A stretch of 64,000 bases of DNA from Clostridium sp. CAG:762 (GTDB taxonomy: Bacteria > Bacillota_I > Bacilli_A > RF39 > UBA660), in contig HF996781.1 in assembly GCA_000432575.1 (NCBI GenBank), positions 129 to 64,128 of the forward strand, read 5' to 3'. Made by a program: the position numbers and the translations under genes. Below, in pieces: positions 18,759-28,374 of this stretch (positions are counted from its first letter, which is position 1; each line of letters opens with the position of its first letter). Below the pieces are notes generated by a model, which ran no database searches, was not told the DNA's origin, and saw nothing but the letters and a program-made list of their open reading frames with translations.

Positions 18759-18977
18759 CTAATTAAATGCTATTTCTGTGTCAATGTTATCGTCTACTGC
18801 AACTATTGTTAAAATGATAAGACCACTTAATAATACTAGAAGCGAGCAAATGAAAGACAAAAATGTAAGATTTTTTTTCTTTTCACTGTCGTTTTTATTT
18901 AGGTTTTCTAAATCCTCATAACTATCTTTGGTAATATGATAATATGTAATTACTAAAATAGTAAAAATAGGAATCAT
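18759..18977 (-). CDS. hypothetical small membrane protein
   Basis: 72-aa ORF with one TM helix. Weak support. Confidence 0.3.
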   Translation of the reverse strand: MIPIFTILVITYYHITKDSYEDLENLNKNDSEKKKNLTFLSFICSLLVLLSGLIILTIVAVDDNIDTEIAFN

Positions 18978-19684
18978 GATATTTTGATATTCTTTTTTGG
19001 CAATGTCATCATTGTATAAAATATATTTTTTTCTTTACTGTTGGCATAAAAACTTAAAAATATAATACCTATATAGATAAGTCAAACATTATTTTCTATT
19101 TTTATATCTTTTAATCTTTCTATTTTTTCATTATCATTCATACTATATGTTATTAAATTATAACTGATTTTAGGAATAAAAAAATTTAAAAAATCTTGTA
19201 ATGATTATGTGTTTGCTCTTGATAATGGTTCAAGAGTGATATTTGTAAAAATAGATAATGTTTTTGCATTGCTATTTATTGATAATAATCATATGATTTA
19301 TAAAAACGTAGTAAAATATTAAAATACAAAAAAGAATTTAAATATCCAAGTTGTTTTGGGAGAATAAATTTTGAACAGAAATTTTTAGAAATTAATATAT
19401 TTGATATAATTAAAATGATAGTAAAAGATTATGATAGTGGAATGATTACTGAATTAAAACAAGTAATTGATAGTTTAAGATTTCTAATTGATGAAACACA
19501 AATAAATAAAAAGGTTTAGTAAGTGAATATTAGACTACTAATTATGTAGATACTGGTTGTAGAATTAATATTTTTTTTAATAATTAAAAAAACAAATGTA
19601 GTTTGGTTGTTAATCTAGTACTTTATGTATATCTTTTTAATTATATCGCAATAGCATATTCGCGAACAAATGTATAAAAAACTA

Positions 19685-19713
19685 TTGACAAGTTAAAAAA
19701 TATATAGTATATT
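19685..19713 (+). promoter_or_regulatory. sigma-A-type promoter (TTGACA-17-TATATT) for the serpin-like gene
   Basis: Consensus -35, 17-nt spacer and a near-consensus -10 lie 20 nt upstream of the RBS AAGGATGGTGA. Confidence 0.55.
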
Positions 19714-19734
19714 TAGTTTAAGGATGGTGATATT

Positions 19735-20847
19735 ATGAGTAAAGAAAATAAAATGTTTATTCTTATTACAATAATTTTAATTCTTATTATATTAGGTATT
19801 ATTATGTTTTGTAATTTTAAGGAAAAAAAGGATAACAAAAAAATGCCTCTAACGGAAGGTGTGGCAGTGGTACCTACCATGAATGACAGAATAAGTGGAG
19901 ATAGTAGTTGGTGTGGAACATTTCAATTAGTATGGAATGATATGAAAAATCAAGTAGTAGGCAAAGATATTGTTTTTACGCCACAGTTGGAGATGGCTGA
20001 GAATCTTAATTTAGAGGATTTTAATGAGAATATGATATCTAGTAATTATTATTATAAGGCATATGGTTTGAAAACTTTAGAGTTAAAGAAAAAAATAGAA
20101 GATGGTATAAAAATTAAATTTAATCAGTCGAGTGATATTTTAAATGATTTTGATTGGAGCGATGATGCTTTAAATAAGGAAAATACAGGTAAATTAAGAT
20201 ATTTCTTTTATACGATGTTATATCGTGAGTTTAATTATTTATATAAGTTTGATGTTTTAAAAAATGATAGATTTGCTAATTATAATAATGCCCAATATTT
20301 TGGAATAGATAATAGTACTAATAAATTAGTAAGGGAGCAAATAGAAGTATTATTTTATAATGATAAGAATAATTTTGCTTTATTAATTAATACTAAGGAC
20401 AATGATCAAGTTATTTATTATAAAAATCCTAAGGGTAATACTTTTAATGAAATATACGATAATATGTTAATAGAGAAAAGTAATTATAAAGGGGATAAAA
20501 ATTTTAATAAAAATGATTACTTTAAAGCGCCATATATTGACTTTAATGTAAAAAGAGTATATGAAGAATTTGAGAATAAAAAATTTGAAACAAATAATCC
20601 TGTATATCCAACAGCAGAGATTATGAAAGCAATTCAAAGTATTAGTTTTTCAATTAATGAAAAAGGAGGCAAGGTAAAGAGTGAAGCTGGTATCGATGTA
20701 GTAGAAAAGTCAACATTGAGTCCTAGTGATTTGCCAAGATATTTTTATGTTGATGATAAGTTTGCTATATTTTTGAAGGAAAAAAATAGAGATAAACCTT
20801 ATTTTGGGTCTTTAGTAAATGATATTACTAAATATCAGCCTAGGTAA
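19735..20847 (+). CDS. serpin-like protein (divergent serine protease inhibitor), N-terminal membrane anchor
   Basis: The C-terminus SINEKGGKVKSEAG...FYVDDKFAIFLKEKNRDKPYFGSLVND matches the serpin hinge/RCL and the F.vDrPFlFlIrE...lFmGrv C-terminal signature. N-terminal TM segment. Confidence 0.5.
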   Translation: MSKENKMFILITIILILIILGIIMFCNFKEKKDNKKMPLTEGVAVVPTMNDRISGDSSWCGTFQLVWNDMKNQVVGKDIVFTPQLEMAENLNLEDFNENMISSNYYYKAYGLKTLELKKKIEDGIKIKFNQSSDILNDFDWSDDALNKENTGKLRYFFYTMLYREFNYLYKFDVLKNDRFANYNNAQYFGIDNSTNKLVREQIEVLFYNDKNNFALLINTKDNDQVIYYKNPKGNTFNEIYDNMLIEKSNYKGDKNFNKNDYFKAPYIDFNVKRVYEEFENKKFETNNPVYPTAEIMKAIQSISFSINEKGGKVKSEAGIDVVEKSTLSPSDLPRYFYVDDKFAIFLKEKNRDKPYFGSLVNDITKYQPR

Positions 20848-20947
20848 AATTAAGAATTATTTAAGATTTTTCTAATAAAAAAGTAATGAAGTATGCTAAG
20901 AGAAGTATTATAATTAATTATGTTAATGTTAGAAAGTTGGTTATTTT

Positions 20948-21772
20948 GTGAAAAAACATAATATTAAATTAGTATTGGTTATAGTATTTATCTTTGTTAT
21001 TGGTTTTGTTAGTATTAATGGAGGATTATTAGATAAAGATAAGATTACTAAAAATATAATTAATGTAAGTGAAAATAGTATAGAATTTGATAGTCCTTAT
21101 GAGAATTTAAATGAATTGGCTAAAAATAATAAAAGAGTTGCAAGGATACTTGAAAATAAAGAAGAATATCCTGAGTTTTTATTGGAGGCTTTATCCAAGA
21201 ATACAGAGCTTATAGATTATGTATTGGATTATAATGATAATAATGGTAAAGTTTTATCTAATGATATAGGTAATGTAAAAAAAGGAGATTATCCTTTATT
21301 ACTTCAATATGATAAAAGATGGGGTTATGCTTATTATGGAGAATATAATTTAGCTATAAGTGGATGTGGACCAACGACAATTGCTATGGTAGTCGCGGGT
21401 TTAACGGGGAGAAATGATGTTACACCATATACTGTTGCTAAATATGCAATGGAAAATAATTATTATAGTGAGTCTGGTACAAAATGGGCTCTTATGAAAG
21501 AAGGAATAAAACATTTTGGTATAAAAAGTAGAGAACTTAATAATTCAAAGAAATTAATATTTAAAGAATTGGAAAAAGGGCATCCTATTATATGTAGCAT
21601 GAAACCGGGAATATTTACCACAACTGGACATTTTATTGCTATTGTAGGAATAAAAGATAATAAATTTATTGTTCATGATCCAAATAGTAAAAAGAAAAGT
21701 AAAGGGTTATGGAGTTATGAAGAAATAAAAGATGAAATTAGAAACATGTGGGTATTTGAGAAAAAAATTTAA
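20948..21772 (+). CDS. C39-like papain-fold cysteine peptidase domain protein, membrane anchored
   Basis: Cys motif ISGCGPTTIAMVVAG and His motif GHFIAIVGIKDNKFIVHDP (Peptidase_C39_2-like). N-terminal TM. GTG start. Confidence 0.55.
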   Translation: MKKHNIKLVLVIVFIFVIGFVSINGGLLDKDKITKNIINVSENSIEFDSPYENLNELAKNNKRVARILENKEEYPEFLLEALSKNTELIDYVLDYNDNNGKVLSNDIGNVKKGDYPLLLQYDKRWGYAYYGEYNLAISGCGPTTIAMVVAGLTGRNDVTPYTVAKYAMENNYYSESGTKWALMKEGIKHFGIKSRELNNSKKLIFKELEKGHPIICSMKPGIFTTTGHFIAIVGIKDNKFIVHDPNSKKKSKGLWSYEEIKDEIRNMWVFEKKI

Positions 21773-21817
21773 AAAAACTTGATATTTTGCATAAATAGTA
21801 GTATAATTAGATTACAT

Positions 21818-21941
21818 CTTATAAAGAGTGATGGAGGGACTAGCCCAGTGAAATCACACCAACCTATTTAATTAGGTGGTAATGCTAGAGCGATAAGATA
21901 ACTTTATACATTCAAGAAGTTATCTTGGATGTTTTTCTTTT
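21818..21941 (+). promoter_or_regulatory. SAM-I (S-box) riboswitch with intrinsic terminator, leader of metK
   Basis: CTTATAAAGAGTGATGGAGGGACTAGCCCAGTGAAATCACACCAACC...GGTGGTAATGCTAGAGCGATAAG matches the S-box consensus. Terminator hairpin AGATAACTT-N12-AAGTTATCT plus T-run. Confidence 0.8.
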
Positions 21942-21981
21942 GAGATGAAAAAACTATAATTAAAAGAAAGAAGGTTTTAAA

Positions 21982-23007
21982 ATGAAATATTATAGTAATG
22001 AAATAGTTTTCAGGGGACATCCTGATAAAGTATGTGATCAAATAAGTGATGCTATTTTAGATGAATGTCTAAGACAAGATGTTAATTCAAGATGTGGAAT
22101 TGAAGTAATGGGTGGAAAGGGAAAAATCTTTGTAACTGGTGAAGTTACCACTAAGGCTATAATTGATTTAGAGAGCATTGTTAAAAGAGTATTAAAGGAT
22201 GTTGGTTATGATACTGACTATGAAATCGTTAATAATCTTGGTATTCAAAGTGCTGATATTGCTTTAGGTACAAATGATTCTGTTCATGGTGCTGGTGATA
22301 ATGGTATGATGTTTGGTTATGCTTGTAAAGATACAAAAGAATTATTGCCTTTAGCAATGGTGATATTACAAAAACTTAGCATGGCATATGATGAGCTAAG
22401 AAAAAAGGATTCTCGCTTTTTGGCAGATGGTAAAGCTCAAATAACGGGTATTTATGATGAAGATAATAAATTAATTAAGATAAAAACATTTACCATTTGT
22501 TATCAAAATACAGAAAATGACAGAGCTAGCACAGACAAAATAATTGAGGATATTGCTAGAAATATTTGTAATGAATATGGCATTGAAGTATTAGAATTTT
22601 TGATTAATCCAACTGGTAAATTTAAAATAGGTGGATTTCTTGGAGATGCTGGATTAACAGGAAGAAAAATTGTTGTAGATAGTTACCAATCATTTGCTAA
22701 TGTAGGTGGTGGGGCATTCTCAGGAAAGGATTTAACTAAAGTAGATAGAAGTGGAGCGTATAAAGCAAGAGAAATTGCTAAAAAGATAGTAAGTTCTAAT
22801 GAAGATTATACATGGTGTGAAGTACAATTATCTTATGCTATTGGAAAAAGTAGACCTTTAGCTATTTATATCAAGACTAATTTAGGTGATGTGAATGCAA
22901 GTGATGAATTATATGATGAATGTGATGTTAAAAATATGCTTATAGAATTAAGAAATAAAAATATTTGTTTTGAAGAGAAAGCTAGATTTGGACATTTTAA
23001 AGATTAA
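21982..23007 (+). CDS. metK: S-adenosylmethionine synthetase (methionine adenosyltransferase), unusually short (341 aa)
   Basis: GHPDKVCDQISDAILD, GAGDNGMMFGYA and GGGAFSGKDLTKVDRSGAYKAR are hallmark MetK motifs. Confidence 0.8.
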   Translation: MKYYSNEIVFRGHPDKVCDQISDAILDECLRQDVNSRCGIEVMGGKGKIFVTGEVTTKAIIDLESIVKRVLKDVGYDTDYEIVNNLGIQSADIALGTNDSVHGAGDNGMMFGYACKDTKELLPLAMVILQKLSMAYDELRKKDSRFLADGKAQITGIYDEDNKLIKIKTFTICYQNTENDRASTDKIIEDIARNICNEYGIEVLEFLINPTGKFKIGGFLGDAGLTGRKIVVDSYQSFANVGGGAFSGKDLTKVDRSGAYKAREIAKKIVSSNEDYTWCEVQLSYAIGKSRPLAIYIKTNLGDVNASDELYDECDVKNMLIELRNKNICFEEKARFGHFKD

Positions 23008-23090
23008 TAAGTAAATTAGTAAAATAGTTTACTTTTTTCTTTACAATAATTAACTATTATGTTAGAGTATTACCTAAGAGGTGTTGGGTT

Positions 23091-24098
23091 ATGGAAAAAG
23101 AAAAAGTAAGAATATTGCTCAATAAATTAGCAAAACATGGAATTGAATTAAAGGATATTGATACTTTATTAAGAAGAAATGAAGATATTGTTATAGAGTT
23201 ACTTAATTTAAAAGATGAATTATTTGTCAAAGGAGTAAAAGTTATTAATATATACGATGATATGGAAGTTCTTGAGGCTTTAAATATTTTAAAAAAAGCT
23301 AAATATGAAGAAACTTATTTTGCATTAATAAATGAATATTTAAGGAACAATAATCTTTCTTTTCAAGGTGCTAATTTAATAAATAAAGCTCCATGTGATT
23401 TTAATGCAAAATATGCTTATGAAGTACTAACTAATGAAACTTCACTTAAATATAATGTTGCTCTTCTTGGAGCTTCAATTATTAATAAGTCAAAGCATAA
23501 ATTTAATGCTAAGTGTGCAAGTCGGGTATTAAAAAGTAAAGTTTGTAATCAATATAATCATAGTCTTATGGGGGCTTCAATGATTAATAAGTCAAAAGAT
23601 GTATTTAATGCTGAAAATATTGCTTATGTTTTATGCGATCCTATAGCTAATCAAAATAAGTTTTTAGAGGATGCTATATGTGAATTAAATAAATCTTCAA
23701 ATGATTTTAATGCTAATTATGGTGCTTTGTTATTAATGAATAAAACTGCGAATGAGTATAATGTTACTTTAGAGGGAATGAAGGTTATTAATGAGGCTAA
23801 AAATGAAACTAGTGCAATATATATTTATGATACATTAACTGATGAAATTAGTTTAAAATATGGAAGTGCTTTGATAAATGCTCATTATATTGCTAAAGAA
23901 ATGAAAGATGATGACAATATGTTAGTTAATGATAATATTATACCTGGAGATAGAAGCATAAAAAGAGAAAAAGTTAGATTAAAGAAAGATTTAAACACTT
24001 TAATAAAGCAAGTTAATGGTATGGATAATGATATTAAAGTAATAAAGTTTACAAAAAGATTAGTTAAAATAAGAGAAAGAAATAATTTTGATTATTAG
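23091..24098 (+). CDS. hypothetical repeat protein (five ~34-aa repeats with conserved DFNA motif)
   Basis: Repeats: ..CDFNAKYAYEVLTNETSLKYNVALLGASIINKS / KHKFNAKCASRVL.. / KDVFNAENIAYVL.. / NDFNANYGALLLMNK.. Confidence 0.5.
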   Translation: MEKEKVRILLNKLAKHGIELKDIDTLLRRNEDIVIELLNLKDELFVKGVKVINIYDDMEVLEALNILKKAKYEETYFALINEYLRNNNLSFQGANLINKAPCDFNAKYAYEVLTNETSLKYNVALLGASIINKSKHKFNAKCASRVLKSKVCNQYNHSLMGASMINKSKDVFNAENIAYVLCDPIANQNKFLEDAICELNKSSNDFNANYGALLLMNKTANEYNVTLEGMKVINEAKNETSAIYIYDTLTDEISLKYGSALINAHYIAKEMKDDDNMLVNDNIIPGDRSIKREKVRLKKDLNTLIKQVNGMDNDIKVIKFTKRLVKIRERNNFDY

Positions 24099-24162
24099 AT
24101 TATTTCTTTTTCTTTACATAAAAGATGATATATAATATAATTAAGTTGTGAGAGGAGAATTT

Positions 24163-25050
24163 ATGAAAGAAAAAACATTACTTATTATGGCCGCGGGAAT
24201 GGGAAGCAGATTTGGAGGATTAAAACAGATAGAACCAGTTGGACCAAATGGTGAATTTATTATTGATTATTCAGTATGTGATGCTATAAAAGCAGGATTT
24301 ACTAAAGTTGTATTTATTATAAAGAAAGAGAATTATGATTTATTTAGGGAAACAATTGGTAAAAGATTTGAGCATAAAATTAACGTTTGCTATGCTTTTC
24401 AAGAAATGGAGTTTTTACCTGAAAATTATACTTGTCCAGTAGATAGAGTTAAACCTTGGGGTACTGCACATGCTGTTATTTGTGCAAAAGAATATGTTGA
24501 TTCTAATTTTTTAGTTATTAACTCTGATGATTTTTACGGAGAAGATGCTTATTTTAAAGCCAGTGAGTTTTTAGAAGAAGTTAATGATAATAGTAGAGAA
24601 TATGCTATTATAGGTTATGAAGTAGGAAATACAATAAATGAAACTGGTTCTGTAAAGCGAGGTATTTTAAAAAGTAAAAATGGTTATGTAACTGATATTG
24701 TAGAATCATTAATTGAATGTAATGATAAAATCGTGGCATCTCCACTTAATGGTATGACTTCATTTACTATTAAAAAAGATGATTTAGTATCAATGAATAT
24801 GGTTTGTTTTACTAAAGAAATATTTAATTATTTAGAAGATAATTTCAAAGAATTTTTAAATGATAACAAAGATAATATTTTAAAGTGTGAATATTTAATA
24901 CCAGATATATTAGATAAGGGTATTAAAGAAAATCAATGTAAGGTTAGACTTATTAAAACTGATGCTAAATGGTTGGGAGTTACATATAAAGAAGATTTAG
25001 ATAAAGTTAAAAGAGAAATAAAAAAATTAATTTTAGAAAAAAAATATTAA
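24163..25050 (+). CDS. sugar-phosphate nucleotidyltransferase family protein
   Basis: LLIMAAGMGSRFGGLKQIEPVG is the N-terminal NTP_transferase G-loop. RBS GAGGAG. Confidence 0.65.
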   Translation: MKEKTLLIMAAGMGSRFGGLKQIEPVGPNGEFIIDYSVCDAIKAGFTKVVFIIKKENYDLFRETIGKRFEHKINVCYAFQEMEFLPENYTCPVDRVKPWGTAHAVICAKEYVDSNFLVINSDDFYGEDAYFKASEFLEEVNDNSREYAIIGYEVGNTINETGSVKRGILKSKNGYVTDIVESLIECNDKIVASPLNGMTSFTIKKDDLVSMNMVCFTKEIFNYLEDNFKEFLNDNKDNILKCEYLIPDILDKGIKENQCKVRLIKTDAKWLGVTYKEDLDKVKREIKKLILEKKY

Positions 25051-25112
25051 TATAATTACTTAATTCGACATAATATTACTTGTGGATATTATATATTAAA
25101 TATGGTGATATT

Positions 25113-25574
25113 ATGTTAAAAATAAAGAAAGTTCTTATTTCCATTATTTTATCTATCATATTAGGATATTTATGTGGTATTACAATTTATAAAATATATG
25201 AAAATGATACTCTTAATACTATAAATAGTAATAAAGTGTATCTTTTGCAAAGTGGAGCTTATAGTTCTATAGATAATATGAAGATGAATACTAAGCAATT
25301 AAATTATGTTTATTTTAATGACGAGGGAATGTATAAAACAATCGTGGCTATTACGAAAAATAAAGATAATATTAAGAAAATAAAGAATGCTTATAATATA
25401 GATATGGTGATAAATGAATACTACCTAGAAAATGATGATTTAATTAATAAAATTAATGAATATGATAAGGAATTAGCAGGTACTAGTGATAAAGAGGAAG
25501 TAGTTAAGATAGTAAATAATATGCTAATTAATTATAAGGAAGAAAATAATATTAAATTGGTAAAAACATATTAA
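25113..25574 (+). CDS. hypothetical membrane-anchored protein
   Basis: ORF with an N-terminal TM helix. Internal ATG chosen as start (RBS GGTGA). Confidence 0.4.
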   Translation: MLKIKKVLISIILSIILGYLCGITIYKIYENDTLNTINSNKVYLLQSGAYSSIDNMKMNTKQLNYVYFNDEGMYKTIVAITKNKDNIKKIKNAYNIDMVINEYYLENDDLINKINEYDKELAGTSDKEEVVKIVNNMLINYKEENNIKLVKTY

Positions 25575-25619
25575 TTTTATTAATAGAGTAGAATATATTT
25601 TATCAAGGGGGATATTATT

Positions 25620-26033
25620 ATGGAAGAGGAAAAAGAATTATTAAATGATGATAGTAATATAGAAAAAGAGATAGAAATAAACACGAATACTAAATTAATA
25701 GCTATTTTATCATATCTAGGCATATTATCTTTGATTCCATATTATGGTGTTAAGGATGATGAATTTATTAATTATCATGCTAAAGAGGGAATGAATTTAT
25801 TATTGGTATGGCTTATTTATTATGTACTATATAATGTATTATCTCAAATAAAAGTTAATACTTCATGTATGTATGGTTTAATTGTATGTAAAGTTACACC
25901 TTGGTATATTAAATCATTTTTATTAATATTAGGTTTAATTGTTGGAGTAATTGCTATGATAGGAATATTGAATGTAATAAGAGGAGAGAAAAATAAATTA
26001 CCTTTTATAAGAAAACTTAGGGTATTTAAATAA
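25620..26033 (+). CDS. hypothetical integral membrane protein
   Basis: 137 aa with three predicted TM helices. Confidence 0.45.
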   Translation: MEEEKELLNDDSNIEKEIEINTNTKLIAILSYLGILSLIPYYGVKDDEFINYHAKEGMNLLLVWLIYYVLYNVLSQIKVNTSCMYGLIVCKVTPWYIKSFLLILGLIVGVIAMIGILNVIRGEKNKLPFIRKLRVFK

Positions 26034-26075
26034 TCTCCTTTTTTTTATTTTCATAAACTAATGTGGGTGATAAAA

Positions 26076-26360
26076 ATGAGTATAAGTATAAATGATTTAT
26101 TGAAAATAGAAAATGCTAATATTATTGATATTAGGGAAAATTATTTATATATGTTAGGACATGTTAGGGGTAGTGTTAATATAAGTGGAATTTTACTTGG
26201 TGAATTATATGATAACTATTTAGATAAGAGTAAAACATATTATATTTATTGTAGTTATGGACATTTGAGTAAGATTCTTGCAAATAAACTTAATGATTTG
26301 GGATATCATGTTTACAGTGTTGCTGAAGGTTATAATTCTTTTAAAAATATGTTGTCGTAA
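26076..26360 (+). CDS. rhodanese-like domain protein
   Basis: YIYCSYGHLS is the active-site Cys loop of single-domain rhodaneses. Confidence 0.6.
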   Translation: MSISINDLLKIENANIIDIRENYLYMLGHVRGSVNISGILLGELYDNYLDKSKTYYIYCSYGHLSKILANKLNDLGYHVYSVAEGYNSFKNMLS

Positions 26361-26397
26361 TAAAAAAAATGGTTTATAATGTTATTAGGGTGATAGT

Positions 26398-27465
26398 ATG
26401 GATTATGTAATAATTGGGTTACTTGTTTTGATAATAATTTTAGTAATAGTATCAATAGTTAAGAATATTAACGAAGCAAAGATAACAGAGAGGTTAGGGA
26501 AGTTAGAGACTACTTTAATTAAGGAACTTAGTGATTATAGAGAGAGTATTAATCGTACTATGAATAATGATTTTAATAATTTAAATGAGAAAATTGAAGT
26601 AAAATTAAGGCTTATTAATGAAAAAGTAAGTGAAAGAATTGATGAAAATTTTGAGAAGACTAATAAAACATTTACAAATATTTTAGAAAGATTAACTAAG
26701 ATTGATGAAGCTCAAAAGAAGATTGATAATTTATCTAGTGATATTATATCTTTACAAAGTATTTTAACCGATAAGAAGAGTCGTGGAATATTTGGTGAGG
26801 TAAATTTAAAGCATATTTTAGCTAGTGTTTTTGGAGATAAGAATGATAAGATATATCAAATGCAGTATTCTTTTAATAATAATACTATTGCAGATGCTGT
26901 TTTATTTGCTCCACTTCCTTTGGGGACAATTGCTATTGATTCTAAGTTTCCTTTGGAAAGTTATAAGATTATGGTAGATAAGGATACTTCTAAGTTAGAA
27001 AGAGAAATGGCGTCTAAACAATTTAAAATAGATGTAAAAAAACATATAGATGCAATTAGTAGTAAATATATAATTATGGGTGTAACTTCTAATCAGGCAA
27101 TTATGTTTTTACCAGCAGAGGCTATATTTGCGGAACTTAATGCTTATCATAATGATTTAATAGAATATGCTTATAGTAAGAATGTTTGGATAACATCACC
27201 AACAACCTTAATGGCAACGATTACTGTTATTCAAGTTTTACTTATGAATATAGAAAGGGATAAATATGCAAAGATTATTCATGAAGAATTAAATAAATTA
27301 GGGTTAGAATTTTCAAGATATAAGGAAAGATGGGATAAATTATCAAGGAGTATTGAAACGGTAAGTAAGGATGCTCAAAATTTATATATTACAACGGATA
27401 AAATAACAAAGAGATTTGATTCTATTAATAAAGTTGATATAAAGGATAATAAATATATTGAATAA
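26398..27465 (+). CDS. rmuC: DNA recombination protein RmuC
   Basis: N-terminal TM, long coiled coil, RmuC C-domain (SRGIFGEVNLKHILASVFG...). Confidence 0.7.
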   Translation: MDYVIIGLLVLIIILVIVSIVKNINEAKITERLGKLETTLIKELSDYRESINRTMNNDFNNLNEKIEVKLRLINEKVSERIDENFEKTNKTFTNILERLTKIDEAQKKIDNLSSDIISLQSILTDKKSRGIFGEVNLKHILASVFGDKNDKIYQMQYSFNNNTIADAVLFAPLPLGTIAIDSKFPLESYKIMVDKDTSKLEREMASKQFKIDVKKHIDAISSKYIIMGVTSNQAIMFLPAEAIFAELNAYHNDLIEYAYSKNVWITSPTTLMATITVIQVLLMNIERDKYAKIIHEELNKLGLEFSRYKERWDKLSRSIETVSKDAQNLYITTDKITKRFDSINKVDIKDNKYIE

Positions 27466-27512
27466 AAGAAATCATGTGAATAAATAATAATTACTAAAAT
27501 AAGATATTATAG

Positions 27513-27740
27513 GTGATTATTATGTTATCACGGATTTTTTTCTTTTTATTAGGTTTTGGTCTAATGATTGTAGGTTTTACTTATATCATATTATATTTAA
27601 ATCTATTAACTATTGGGTATAATTTAAGTGAATATGTTAATTTTATAATTAGAAGGTTTGAATGTTATTATAGTTTAATAGGGTTTATAATTATTTTAAT
27701 TACTTTATTTAAAGGAGGAAAGTATGAATTATATTTATGA
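27513..27740 (+). CDS. hypothetical small membrane protein
   Basis: 75 aa with two TM helices. Confidence 0.35.
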   Translation: MIIMLSRIFFFLLGFGLMIVGFTYIILYLNLLTIGYNLSEYVNFIIRRFECYYSLIGFIIILITLFKGGKYELYL

Positions 27741-28356
27741 TATAGTACTTAATTTTAATAGTAATTATTATGAATTTTATGAGTGGAATAAAAATGATAA
27801 TATTATTAATGTTAGAAAGATACCAGTATTTAAAGTAGATAATCAAACTTATTATGATTTTAAATTTAATGATATTATTGTTAATAATGATTTTCTTAAA
27901 TTAATTGAAGATGAAACTTCTATATATTTGGGTAATACTAATAAATATATGTGTATAATTACTAATAGTAAAGAGGCAATTGGAATTATGTTTAATAAGA
28001 AGGGGTTAATTATTAAAAAAAGTAGTTTGATTATTGATGAGGAGAATGAGGTATTAGAGCTTGCTTATGATATTCTAAATATTAAAATAGATTATCAAGT
28101 TAATAGAGTATGTAAAAAAATGCGTTTTATTAGTAGGAGTGAAGGGGAAAAGAAGAAAAAGATAATTAGTAGTTTAAATCATTTGTTAAAAATAAATAAT
28201 TATGAATTAATTAGATATATTTATTATGATGTGTTTTTAAAAGAGGAAAAGGATGTAAATAAGATATATGATGAATTAATAAATGTTATTGATAAAAATG
28301 AGACTATATATATAAATAGAATAAATTCTATCTTGGAACTTATTAGTAATCATTAA
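27724..28356 (+). CDS. hypothetical protein
   Basis: 210-aa ORF overlapping the upstream gene. No recognisable motif. Confidence 0.4.
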   Translation: MNYIYDIVLNFNSNYYEFYEWNKNDNIINVRKIPVFKVDNQTYYDFKFNDIIVNNDFLKLIEDETSIYLGNTNKYMCIITNSKEAIGIMFNKKGLIIKKSSLIIDEENEVLELAYDILNIKIDYQVNRVCKKMRFISRSEGEKKKKIISSLNHLLKINNYELIRYIYYDVFLKEEKDVNKIYDELINVIDKNETIYINRINSILELISNH

Positions 28357-28374
28357 AAAAGAAAGCTTTTTGAA

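Noticed and set aside
13400-19000. Whole 13.4-19 kb segment as an intact conjugative element
   Set aside because: No relaxase, VirB4/VirB6, integrase or att repeats are present. Only pilin-like mini-proteins and a cell-wall hydrolase were seen, so it is reported only as possible remnants.
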